Part shown: positions 1-9,540 of the stretch, piece after piece
How the letters are laid out: the number at the start of each line of letters is the position of its first letter
Numbering within the stretch: position 1 is the stretch's first letter
Source of the DNA: TPA_inf: Saccharomyces
Taxonomy: Eukaryota
DNA length: 64,000 bases
Direction: 5' to 3'
Assembly: GCA_000146045.2 (NCBI GenBank)
Contig: BK006945.2
Location: forward strand, 928,001 to 992,000
Made by a program: the position numbers and the translations under genes
The notes under the pieces: generated by a model
What the model was told of the DNA's origin: nothing
The model's database searches: none
Seen by the model: only the letters and a program-made list of their open reading frames with translations

Positions 1-742
1 TACTTCCTTCTGTTCTGATGTATTAAAAACTATTTTTATTCTAAGAAAAGAAACTTTAATTCTTCTTATTCATGCTCTAAATCTTAAATAAAAGGTTCCG
101 TTTTTTATCTGCAATTCTGTGTATTTGTAAGTGAATTACCATGCACGTTGTCGGATCGTTTTTCTAGGCAGAAACTATCTTATTGAACCATTAAAAGATT
201 ACTTAAATATTACAATTAATCTTACGAAGCATATTAATTAGACTGGAATTACAGCGCAACTATCACAGGTTAATAATTGGTTGAGAAAATATTATAGTTT
301 TGTTAGTAATGTTGAACTTTTATTTTATACACTTATGAAAGTAAATTAATTCAATATCAATAATAATATACTATAAGTAACTTAAAAAGCAACCTTCCTC
401 CCAAACCTACAATCCAATCACGCTGATAAGTATTATCTAGAAAGTTGACAACACCAAGCCATATGGTCAAGAAACATTTATTGAGAGTTATTTTGTAAAT
501 AAGACTTTTCGTCATCCATATAAAGCAACCTAATTGTTCATCTAATACTAGAGTCGCTCTTTTGAAAGTTAAGTATAACTACCTCATCATTAGTTGCTAC
601 TATGTGTATAATTTGAAAATCTCAACGTAAGGTTATTAAAAATATAAATGCGCGTAAGACAGAAAAATAGAGACAGCTTACGGCAAATTATCAAAATGTG
701 AATCCAAGGTTTCAAGAAAATAAGATAAAGTGAATAGGAAGG

Positions 743-1600
743 ATGAAAATCAATGTATCCCGTCCATTACAGTTTTTACAATGGAGTTCATATATTGTTG
801 TTGCATTTCTGATACAATTGCTAATCATTCTTCCTTTATCGATCTTAATATATCACGATTTTTACCTAAGACTATTACCTGCCGATTCCTCTAACGTAGT
901 CCCCCTTAATACGTTCAACATTTTAAATGGCGTACAATTTGGTACAAAATTCTTCCAATCTATTAAAAGCATTCCGGTAGGTACAGATCTGCCGCAAACA
1001 ATAGACAATGGCTTATCACAGTTAATCCCCATGCGTGACAACATGGAATACAAGCTCGATCTAAACCTACAGCTTTATTGCCAGAGCAAAACTGACCATT
1101 TAAATTTAGACAATTTGTTAATTGATGTTTACAGAGGTCCAGGCCCGCTATTGGGTGCTCCTGGAGGAAGTAACAGCAAAGATGAAAAAATCTTTCACAC
1201 TTCTAGACCTATTGTCTGCCTCGCACTGACGGATTCCATGTCGCCTCAGGAGATCGAACAACTAGGCCCATCACGTCTAGACGTTTACGATGAAGAATGG
1301 CTAAATACAATAAGAATAGAGGACAAAATATCGTTAGAGTCTTCATATGAAACAATCTCGGTGTTCTTGAAAACGGAGATTGCCCAAAGAAATCTAATAA
1401 TACATCCAGAAAGTGGGATTAAGTTTAGGATGAATTTTGAGCAGGGATTAAGAAACTTGATGCTTCGAAAAAGATTTTTATCTTATATTATTGGCATTTC
1501 AATTTTCCATTGCATAATATGTGTACTTTTTTTTATCACAGGTTGCACTGCATTCATTTTTGTTAGAAAGGGTCAGGAAAAATCCAAGAAACATAGCTGA
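743..1600 (+). CDS. SEI1: Seipin, lipid-droplet biogenesis protein (YLR404W), 285 aa
   Basis: ATG-initiated 285-aa ORF with N- and C-terminal hydrophobic helices. Size and position immediately upstream of DUS4 match YLR404W (FLD1/SEI1) synteny. Confidence 0.8.
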   Translation: MKINVSRPLQFLQWSSYIVVAFLIQLLIILPLSILIYHDFYLRLLPADSSNVVPLNTFNILNGVQFGTKFFQSIKSIPVGTDLPQTIDNGLSQLIPMRDNMEYKLDLNLQLYCQSKTDHLNLDNLLIDVYRGPGPLLGAPGGSNSKDEKIFHTSRPIVCLALTDSMSPQEIEQLGPSRLDVYDEEWLNTIRIEDKISLESSYETISVFLKTEIAQRNLIIHPESGIKFRMNFEQGLRNLMLRKRFLSYIIGISIFHCIICVLFFITGCTAFIFVRKGQEKSKKHS

Positions 1601-1788
1601 TAGAATTGTACTTCTCGCTATATAATTTTAAAACCTAGCTGTTATTTTCTAAGTAAGTAGGCTCTTCCAGCATTCTGCTTCTTCGCCCTGAATAAAAAAA
1701 AGATGATCAGCGAAAAAACTCAAAATGAAAATAAGAGATGGATTCTTCAAAGTTATAATTCATATGCAGAATAAAGATTCTAAAGAAA

Positions 1789-2892
1789 ATGCACACAATG
1801 CATATTCCATCCGGTGATGTTCTGATACCGAAGCCGAAGCTTATTACTGAAGAAACAGATCCACTGCATATAATAAAGACGAGGCAAAAGACACATGGTC
1901 GGCCCGTGACCATTGCAGGCCCAATGGTTCGGTATTCCAAGTTACCATTCCGTCAGTTGTGCCGAGAATATAACGTTGATATAGTTTACTCCCCCATGAT
2001 TTTGGCAAGAGAATATGTCCGTAATGAGCATGCAAGAATCTCAGACCTTTCTACAAATAATGAGGACACCCCGCTAATCGTCCAAGTAGGTGTAAATAAC
2101 GTGGCTGATTTACTAAAATTTGTGGAAATGGTTGCCCCATACTGTGATGGTATTGGTATTAACTGTGGTTGTCCTATAAAGGAACAAATCCGAGAGGGCA
2201 TAGGTTGCGCTCTGATATACAATTCAGATTTGTTATGCAGTATGGTCCATGCTGTGAAAGATAAGTATGGCGACAAACTAAGAATTGAAACGAAAATAAG
2301 AATACATGAGGCATTGGACGAGACGGTGGAGTTATGTAGAAAGCTATGTGATGCTGGGGTAGATTGGATTACGATTCATGGCCGAACACGTAGAACTAGG
2401 TCATCGCAGCCGGCTAACCTGGATGCGATAAAATATATCATCGAGAACATCAGCGACAAAAATGTGCCTGTAATAGCGAATGGGGATTGTTTTAAGTTAT
2501 CCGATTTGGAAAGAATCACCAAATACACTGGTGCACATGGTGTCATGGCTGTGCGTGGGTTGTTAAGCAATCCAGCGTTATTTGCTGGATATACTACCTG
2601 CCCTTGGGGCTGCATTGAGAAGTTTTGTTATTGGGCTCTAGAGTTTGGTGGCTTGCCTTTTCAATTGGCTCAGCACCATCTGTACTGTATGCTTGAAAAT
2701 ATGGAGTTGAAGAAATCTCTGTTAAAGAAAATGATGAATCTTAAAAATTACATTAGTCTGATCGACTGGTTTAATAAAACCTTTGAGTTCAAGCGTTACG
2801 GCGAGGATGGATTTGGCATGGGCGTTGAAATTCCTTATAAAGCTAATAGCTGTGTGCAGAGGAGCGCCTCAGTGGTTGAGAGACAAGAATGA
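1789..2892 (+). CDS. DUS4: tRNA dihydrouridine synthase Dus4 (YLR405W), 367 aa
   Basis: 367-aa ORF with a Dus-family TIM-barrel signature, including the catalytic Cys region GINCGCP and the FMN-binding stretch. Length matches Dus4. Confidence 0.85.
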   Translation: MHTMHIPSGDVLIPKPKLITEETDPLHIIKTRQKTHGRPVTIAGPMVRYSKLPFRQLCREYNVDIVYSPMILAREYVRNEHARISDLSTNNEDTPLIVQVGVNNVADLLKFVEMVAPYCDGIGINCGCPIKEQIREGIGCALIYNSDLLCSMVHAVKDKYGDKLRIETKIRIHEALDETVELCRKLCDAGVDWITIHGRTRRTRSSQPANLDAIKYIIENISDKNVPVIANGDCFKLSDLERITKYTGAHGVMAVRGLLSNPALFAGYTTCPWGCIEKFCYWALEFGGLPFQLAQHHLYCMLENMELKKSLLKKMMNLKNYISLIDWFNKTFEFKRYGEDGFGMGVEIPYKANSCVQRSASVVERQE

Positions 2893-3061
2893 ATAAATTT
2901 TGAATTACAAAAATCTAATAAACTGTGGTACTGAAATTGTATATATTTTCCTATCATTCAAGAGCGTATACTCGTACCCCGAAAGCAGCTCTGTTTGTGT
3001 AATAATATAACCTAAAAGAAATAAAATGCTTATAAGATGGACATTATTTTTTTTTTTTTAC

Positions 3062-3755
3062 AATTTAAGCATCTTCTTCAACGACAACGGTTTGTAGACC
3101 CTTAGCAGAGGCAACCAAAACTGGTTCGACGTAGGAAAACAATGGGTTCTTGGCATCTTCTTCTTCGTTTCTCTTTCTGGAGATTCTCAATCTCAATCTG
3201 TATTCAACACCCTTAACACCTCTTTTCCAGATAGCTTGGTTCAATTCTGGGGCTAGACGGACATCTTCAGTACCCATGTGTAATTTGGCGAATTTCTTGA
3301 TTTCCTTCACAGCTCTTGGAGCTCTCTTTTTGAAACTGACACCATGTAGCTATATTAATATCAATTCAAGATTGGTCTGTTAGTAAAAAAAAAGTTGTTA
3401 TAAGAAGGTGGAACTAAAGCATCACGCCAAAAACATCGGCCCAAGCGCCATTATAGTGTAAACGTGAGGTACGGATATCGATCGCAGAACACAGAGAAAT
3501 GCAGTACCGAAGAAGAACCTTCCAGTCCTTGCATCACGCATTCCATATAATAACCTCTAATATTCCGAATTAAAACCTGGGGTCAATCATTGGAAAATGA
3601 AATTTCACCCGTATAGATTTCGCTTGGTATTTCACCACAATATCGCTTGTTGGCTTTCAATAATTTCCCACGTAAAGACAACGCTAATTTCGACATACTC
3701 TTTTGTGCAAGTTGATGGTGTATTCACGAGTGACAACGTCTTTTAAACCGGCCAT
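3062..3755 (-). CDS. RPL31B: Ribosomal protein L31 (YLR406C), two exons: 3699..3755 and 3062..3349, 113 aa
   Basis: Exon 2 translates to LHGVSFKKRAPRAVKEIKKFAKLHMGTEDVRLAPELNQAIWKRGVKGVEYRLRLRISRKRNEEEDAKNPLFSYVEPVLVASAKGLQTVVVEEDA. Exon 1 (rc of 3699..3755) translates to MAGLKDVVTREYTINLHKR and is followed directly by GTATGT. The track ORF 3065..3310 is a GTG-started fragment of exon 2. Confidence 0.9.
3350..3698 (-). other. RPL31B: RPL31B spliceosomal intron (349 nt)
   Basis: 5' splice site GTATGT (rc of 3693..3698), branch point TACTAAC (rc of 3379..3385), and 3' splice site AG (rc of 3350..3351). Joining the exons reconstitutes a full 113-aa L31. Confidence 0.85.
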
Positions 3756-4252
3756 TTTCAAGTACTTTGGATTATCTGCTCGTGCAATTGAAATATACTA
3801 AGACCCAAGACTATGTAAAACTAAGGAACCTATCAACAATGAGACTGGTCAAATAATAGAGTAAACATGTACATGAAGCACTACCATCAGAAAGAGCTTA
3901 CAAGGTTACGAAACAACGTCAGTGCCCTCTGTCGCATTACCCTCGGTTTCGCGCCCTTCCAGTTGGCATTTGAAGTGCCAATCCAATTGTGAGCACATCC
4001 AACTAGCGTGCCCTTGCAATCCCAGAGGACACCATACAACTTCCAGCCTAGTAGTGAACTTACCAGGCGAGGAGCGCGGGCGCCAGAGGGCAGCTCATCT
4101 GCGTTCCGGCTCTAACGAGAAGGGCGGAAATGGCACCATCACCTGAAAAAGAACGTAATCTAGGCTGAGCCGCGCCTTTAAGTTTTTGTCGCATCTGGCT
4201 GCGCTTCATTTAAACGGCACTCCTAAAAAATTGTATGAGGTGATTTTTTTTG

Positions 4253-4313
4253 TGTACAGATGTACGGATGTACGGATGTACGGATGTATACTATGTAATA
4301 ATGCACGGATGTA
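4253..4313 (-). promoter_or_regulatory. Tandem Rap1-like sites (UASrpg) upstream of RPL31B
   Basis: The 8-bp unit TGTACGGA is repeated three times perfectly (4261..4284) with imperfect flanking copies, and CACGGATGTA follows at 4303..4312. On the RPL31B strand these read ACATCCGTACA, a known Rap1 site variant, about 500-560 bp upstream of the RPL31B ATG. Confidence 0.45.
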
Positions 4314-4966
4314 GAGAAACAGAAACGAGGATAATAAAATCGGTTTTTGTATCATCTGGCGGCGATATGGCGCAAGGCTTTAAGTAAACGTCCTATATGG
4401 TACTAACGGGGTTTTATTCCGAATCAAAAGAAAAAGAGATACGAAGTCTCTCTTAGTAAAAAAGTCTTTATGGAAGATTATCGATAATTCGATAATTCTA
4501 CCGACAACAGTGGTTTTGTTTGGCTCAGCAAACGTGCAGCACCATGATCTTGGTAGATTTCTTCTTTACCCTCACCTTCCCCACACCATGTTTGCTTGCT
4601 ACCCGTGTGTAATGCTATCAGCGCGCGTTTCTTTTTTTTTCTTGCTAACATTTTTCAACTTTAAAATGAAACGATGCATGAGTGATAGAGGCATTGAACT
4701 TTAGTAAACAATAGAAATAACCATCGGAGTTATTATTTTTTTCTGCTTATTCTTTGGTCGCAAAAAAGTGTGTTGTATAATTCTTTGGAATATTTATAAA
4801 AACAGGGAATACTCTAACAACAAACGCTAGTGCTTAGCTACTCTTCCGCTGGTACTTCAATATAGCTTGTCACATATTTTTGTCCATTAAGGTCGTTAAA
4901 ACCCGAATAATTTTGTACGATCAGTTTAGTAAAAGAAATACAGTATTCAAAAGCTAACGGTTTATT

Positions 4967-5653
4967 ATGACTGTTTCTACTTCCAAGACCCCAAAAAAGA
5001 ATATTAAGTATACCTTAACACATACTTTACAAAAATGGAAAGAAACTTTAAAGAAAATTACCCACGAAACGTTGAGTAGTATCGATGACTCTAGTGGAAG
5101 CGATGAAAAAATAGAGGCTCTGTTTACTGTGTCTCAGCCTGCCGTCGTAGCCTCCAAGGGTATAGACAGAGATAGTGGTGCTTCTATGTCGCAGGTAGGA
5201 GGAGGTGTCAATAGTACATTGGAGATGAAGCTCACAGATGAGAGTGAGGAATCTAGCTCTGCTAATAACACGACCACAACCGCCTCGCATACTCTATCGA
5301 ATTCGAAGAAGTCTACGCAGAACTTTGAAAACTATAACGTAGTGGAGGAACGCATAAAATTAGCACAGAAAAGTAAGGCGCCGTTTTGTAACGCTGAGAA
5401 AATCTGGAAACGAAGAAGACAACTCTGGACACAACCCACTGAGCAAAGTGAAAGCGCCAATAATGACGGAGTTACTCGAAGGGAGATTTTCCAAGCTATA
5501 CCTCAGGAATATTATGCTCGAGTTTACAAGAAACTGGTGGTAGATGATAAGCCATTGAGAGAGCCTCTAAATCTGGAAGATGCTTTACAAGTCATAAATG
5601 CAGGCTGGACGGAAACGAGAAAGTGGGCTAATGCTGCCAAGGGCATGCCATGA
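4967..5653 (+). CDS. Uncharacterized protein YLR407W, 228 aa
   Basis: ATG-initiated 228-aa Ser/Thr-rich ORF. Size and position between RPL31B and BLS1 match YLR407W. No recognizable domain. Confidence 0.65.
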   Translation: MTVSTSKTPKKNIKYTLTHTLQKWKETLKKITHETLSSIDDSSGSDEKIEALFTVSQPAVVASKGIDRDSGASMSQVGGGVNSTLEMKLTDESEESSSANNTTTTASHTLSNSKKSTQNFENYNVVEERIKLAQKSKAPFCNAEKIWKRRRQLWTQPTEQSESANNDGVTRREIFQAIPQEYYARVYKKLVVDDKPLREPLNLEDALQVINAGWTETRKWANAAKGMP

Positions 5654-5884
5654 CTGAGTGTCGACGTCCTTTTTGTTTTGCCTTATAGCATCTTTTCCTT
5701 TCTTCAAATTTGCATTACACAACTTTAACTCAGTTAAAGAACTTCGTCATTTACTTATTCTTCTTTTTTTTCTTACCCTTCTTTCTCAAATCTTATTTCT
5801 GTATAAAATACGTATTGATTCATTCCATTAATAATAACATATAATAATAGTACTAATTTAAAAACATTGAATATATTTATCGTT

Positions 5885-6253
5885 TTATTTCGAGTTGCGA
5901 TTCTTTTCTATCAGTTGGTACGTCATTTCAAGGATTCGGAGATCCCTATCCACAAGCTCTGCTTCCTTTTGTAATGCTTCGGTATGCCCCATATACGGAG
6001 TGTACTTTTCCAACATATAGTTAATAGGAGAAACACACTTATTTTTAAATGAGTCGTCATGAAGTCGCAATAACTTCTTCAACTGTACATTTAAAATATA
6101 TGATTGATTATTTTCAATTTCTTGCAAAGTCTTCGAGGCTTCTGTTCTATGCGGAGAGTTGATTATTTTGTCGAGTAATCGGTCAAGTTCTTCAGACCTG
6201 TTTGGCATTTTTACGATTATCCAGTTCACACACATTGAGAATGTAAGGAACAT
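5885..6253 (-). CDS. BLS1: BLOC-1 complex subunit (YLR408C), 122 aa
   Basis: 122-aa ORF on the minus strand. Size and synteny match YLR408C/BLS1. Confidence 0.65.
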
Positions 6254-6413
6254 TTATTTATTGTCGATCATTTATTAAATGTGGGAGGGACCCTTTAAGA
6301 ACACTGCAACAAACCCAATAAATAATTCTTGGTTACCCTCTCAAAAAACATCATAGGAAAAAGAAAAATATACAATCTGCCTTTGTTACTAATATACTTG
6401 TTCTATATAATGC

Positions 6414-9233
6414 TCACGCGGTGGTCACAAAAGCTGCCACTCCCATGCAAAACTTCACAAGATCATCTAATCTGTCTTCCTTCTTATGTACATCCTCCCA
6501 ATTTTGAAGAGCAGAGGCAATATCTTGATTCTTGTTGTTAGCATGAATAACATCACCGTGTGCCTTAAACAGTAAGCTCATAAACGTTTCATAAAGTTCG
6601 AAATTTTTATTGCTCTTCAACCCCTGTGTTAACGCGTCGATAAACCACACAATTTCATCAAATGGCTCAAAGGAATTCAATGATCTTATCTCCAAATCCA
6701 CTGCAGCAGGTGAGAAATTTATTAGAGTGGCCAGCAATGATGAATAGTCCTTGGATTGTGAGCCCTCTCGTAATTGCTTTGTGAAATGTGATTCAAACCC
6801 TAATCTTCCTGTAACTTTGAATTTATTCATTTGCTCTTCTGCATCTAACTTCTTTTGTGCTTCTTGATCTCTGCGATGGATTTCTTCTGGTGTTTCATGT
6901 GCTATGCCTTCTCTGACAGAGGCTTCATCCCCAACCTTTTCCCCAGATAGTTGCAAGAAAAATGGAAGCTTTTCTGATTTCTTTGGAGCTTCCTTTGGCT
7001 TAGAACGTTTTCTGATAACATCTAAATGAAGCAATGTGTTCATTTTACTTCTAGGTCCTATTGATAAAGTCAACAGCTCCTTATCAATCTGTTCCAATGA
7101 TGTATAAGTGTTGAAATCAATATCATTTAGGTCTTCTCCTCCATTGCTTTCTAAAGCCCCTGATAACATCGAGTCGTTCCCTCGAACAGATGTGCTAGGT
7201 AACGCCATTCTTGCAAATTCAGACTCATCGATGGTTCTTGTCGATACTGTCTTAAATTGTGCTCTGTTCGTCCAGATGCATATACCATTACCAGTAACAT
7301 GGGTAGTGGCAAGCAAGTCACCATTCGGAGAAAACTTTACATTCGTAGCGACATTATCTACTATGATACCATCGATACATCCTCCGGTTGGAAGATCCCA
7401 CGTTCTAATGGTGGAATCTAGAGAAGCGGAAACAATCCAACGGCCCTCAGGTGAGAAATCAAATGCAGTTATTCTATTACTATGACCCCATAATTGACGA
7501 ACAACTCTTTGAGTAACTGCGTCAATAACAACAATTGATAAGTCGTCTAAAGCCAATGCAAATAGATCGGAAGAACGATGATAAACCATTGCGGTAATAG
7601 GTGCATCCAATTTCAATTTTCCCAACAAGGTTGACTTGTTAAAGTCATAAAAACCAACAATACCGTCTAGTCCACAAGAAACCATTTTACGATTCATACC
7701 ATCTAAGGATATACCGGTGACTGCTCTTTTGTGCAATTTGTATTTTTTACGGAGTATACCACTTTGCATATTATAGATGGTGATAGAGCCGTTAGAAGAA
7801 CCGATGAATCCAAAATTACCACATTGCGACATGGCCACAGATTTAACAAATCCATCATCAGTAGTATCAAAAGTCCACCTGCCAACTCTTTTATTTCGCA
7901 TATCCCAGGTTCTTGCAAACTTTTCATCTTTATGTGCAGTGATAATGTTTTCCCATTCACCTATTCTGGCATTTTCAATTGCAAGAGCCACTATTTCAGG
8001 AAATTTAGACTTAATTGTACTACCACCTACCCTGCCGCCATCTTGTTTCTTGTGTAACCTTTGTGACATTTCTTGCGACTGTGCATCTTTACGCAGAGAA
8101 AAGCTCCATAATGATCTATCTTTGGATGCTGATAGCATGAAGTGTGATTGCGAATCAGCAAACGCAATGTATGAAGGTGGTTGAGAATGACCCCCTCTGG
8201 AACGTAGATATCTTGGCGGTTGAACAACTACATCACCGCTTCCTTGAGATAATGACGGATCGAAAACGTACTCCTTCAGGGAATTGTCACCACCTGATGT
8301 AACAATAATGGGTTGACCATTTAAAAAAGTAGCCTGAGTGACACCACCGTACGATTCTCTATGAATGTTCTTCAAAACGTGTATTCTTGAACGGCGATCT
8401 AAATCATAAAATATTAGATCACCACTGCTCGTTCCCACACTCAAATGAGAAGAACCGTCGGTTCTGAAACTCAATGAGGAGATTCTTGATTGCGGAATCT
8501 TAATTGTGCGGATCCTTTTACCTTTTCTCATATTAAACATAATAACCTCACCGGTCACGGTACCTAGAGCAATAATATCCAGGACTGGAGCGGGTTCAGC
8601 AGTTGTGATTTGGTCTGGAAATTCGTTTGATGTGAATACAAGCTTCCCGGTTCTGACGTTAAAAAGTAAAACGTTAGATTTGGTAACGACAGTTAATTTA
8701 TTCAAATAAGTTGCCAAATGTTGTAAAGACACAATTTCGCCACCTTGAATTTCAGTAACGGTAAGTTTAGTGTAGAATTCTGATGGATATTTATCTTGCG
8801 GATCGGACTTCTTGTATATAAAGATGGAATTGTCGTCGGTGGAAGCGCAAAGATAATCTCCGAATATGCACAAATGTTCGACATTTGCATCAGTTTCTAG
8901 CTCAAGCAAATGTTCCTCAATACCCCTCTTGTAAATACCAACCTTGTTTTCATATGCTGCGTAGACGTAGTGAAAGTGTGCTGATAATGCTACAATTGAG
9001 GATGGTGTTTCTTTCTCGGAAACAAAAAGTAAATGTAAGGTATTCGCATCATATATCTGAAATGTTTTACCAACACACGTTACAATGTAAAAGGTAGATC
9101 CCAATGTACCAGTAGCAAAAGGAACACCATTGCTAACATTACCAATAATCCGGAAAGGGGAAAATATCTTAGAATTTTTCCCTCTACTTCTTACGTCTTC
9201 TTCGACTTTTCTTTTTTTCAAGTCGATAGACAT
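6414..9233 (-). CDS. UTP21: U3 snoRNP / SSU processome WD40 protein Utp21 (YLR409C), 939 aa
   Basis: 939-aa ORF with multiple WD40 repeats and a Utp21-type C-terminal domain. The promoter carries PAC and RRPE ribosome-biogenesis motifs. Confidence 0.85.
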   Translation of the reverse strand: MSIDLKKRKVEEDVRSRGKNSKIFSPFRIIGNVSNGVPFATGTLGSTFYIVTCVGKTFQIYDANTLHLLFVSEKETPSSIVALSAHFHYVYAAYENKVGIYKRGIEEHLLELETDANVEHLCIFGDYLCASTDDNSIFIYKKSDPQDKYPSEFYTKLTVTEIQGGEIVSLQHLATYLNKLTVVTKSNVLLFNVRTGKLVFTSNEFPDQITTAEPAPVLDIIALGTVTGEVIMFNMRKGKRIRTIKIPQSRISSLSFRTDGSSHLSVGTSSGDLIFYDLDRRSRIHVLKNIHRESYGGVTQATFLNGQPIIVTSGGDNSLKEYVFDPSLSQGSGDVVVQPPRYLRSRGGHSQPPSYIAFADSQSHFMLSASKDRSLWSFSLRKDAQSQEMSQRLHKKQDGGRVGGSTIKSKFPEIVALAIENARIGEWENIITAHKDEKFARTWDMRNKRVGRWTFDTTDDGFVKSVAMSQCGNFGFIGSSNGSITIYNMQSGILRKKYKLHKRAVTGISLDGMNRKMVSCGLDGIVGFYDFNKSTLLGKLKLDAPITAMVYHRSSDLFALALDDLSIVVIDAVTQRVVRQLWGHSNRITAFDFSPEGRWIVSASLDSTIRTWDLPTGGCIDGIIVDNVATNVKFSPNGDLLATTHVTGNGICIWTNRAQFKTVSTRTIDESEFARMALPSTSVRGNDSMLSGALESNGGEDLNDIDFNTYTSLEQIDKELLTLSIGPRSKMNTLLHLDVIRKRSKPKEAPKKSEKLPFFLQLSGEKVGDEASVREGIAHETPEEIHRRDQEAQKKLDAEEQMNKFKVTGRLGFESHFTKQLREGSQSKDYSSLLATLINFSPAAVDLEIRSLNSFEPFDEIVWFIDALTQGLKSNKNFELYETFMSLLFKAHGDVIHANNKNQDIASALQNWEDVHKKEDRLDDLVKFCMGVAAFVTTA

Positions 9234-9338
9234 AATGTACTATTCCTAACTCGCTATAGCCTTTTCAGTGTCTTATTCCTTGCTGCTGTTTCGCTGTATA
9301 TTTATTGTGCTTAGGACTTATTAAATTTCATTAGCAAT

Positions 9339-9391
9339 CTCATCGCGAAATTTTTCTCAAAATTTTTCAGTTAAAAAAAAAAAAGCACGTG
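9339..9391 (-). promoter_or_regulatory. PAC (GCGATGAG), two RRPE (AAAATTTT) motifs and a CACGTG E-box in the UTP21/VIP1 divergent promoter
   Basis: CTCATCGC at 9339..9346 is GCGATGAG on the UTP21 strand. GAAATTTTTC at 9347..9356, AAAATTTTTC at 9359..9368 and CACGTG at 9386..9391 lie within 160 bp upstream of the UTP21 ATG. Confidence 0.5.
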
Positions 9392-9540
9392 CTCAAAAAT
9401 GTTTTTAGAAAATCATTTATTTAAGATAGGAAAAATGCAATTAATCATTGAATCAATATGTTCACCACTTAAATTACCCACTGAGCATTTCATACAAATT
9501 CAAAAGCATCTCGTAGCATATTAATATATTGCAGAAGGTC

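Noticed and set aside
4401-4407. TACTAAC box at 4401 suggesting an intron
   Set aside because: There is no upstream GTATGT donor or coding exon context. RPL31B already has its intron at 3350..3698. This looks like a chance heptamer.
9529-9540. Non-ATG (TTG/GTG) start codons used by the ORF track for VIP1, TUS1, MAG2, RPN13 and RPL31B exon 2
   Set aside because: These are prokaryote-style alternative starts. For these nuclear yeast genes the first in-frame ATG (9541, 54894, 60428, 37560) gives the known protein lengths, so I corrected the coordinates instead of reporting N-terminal extensions.
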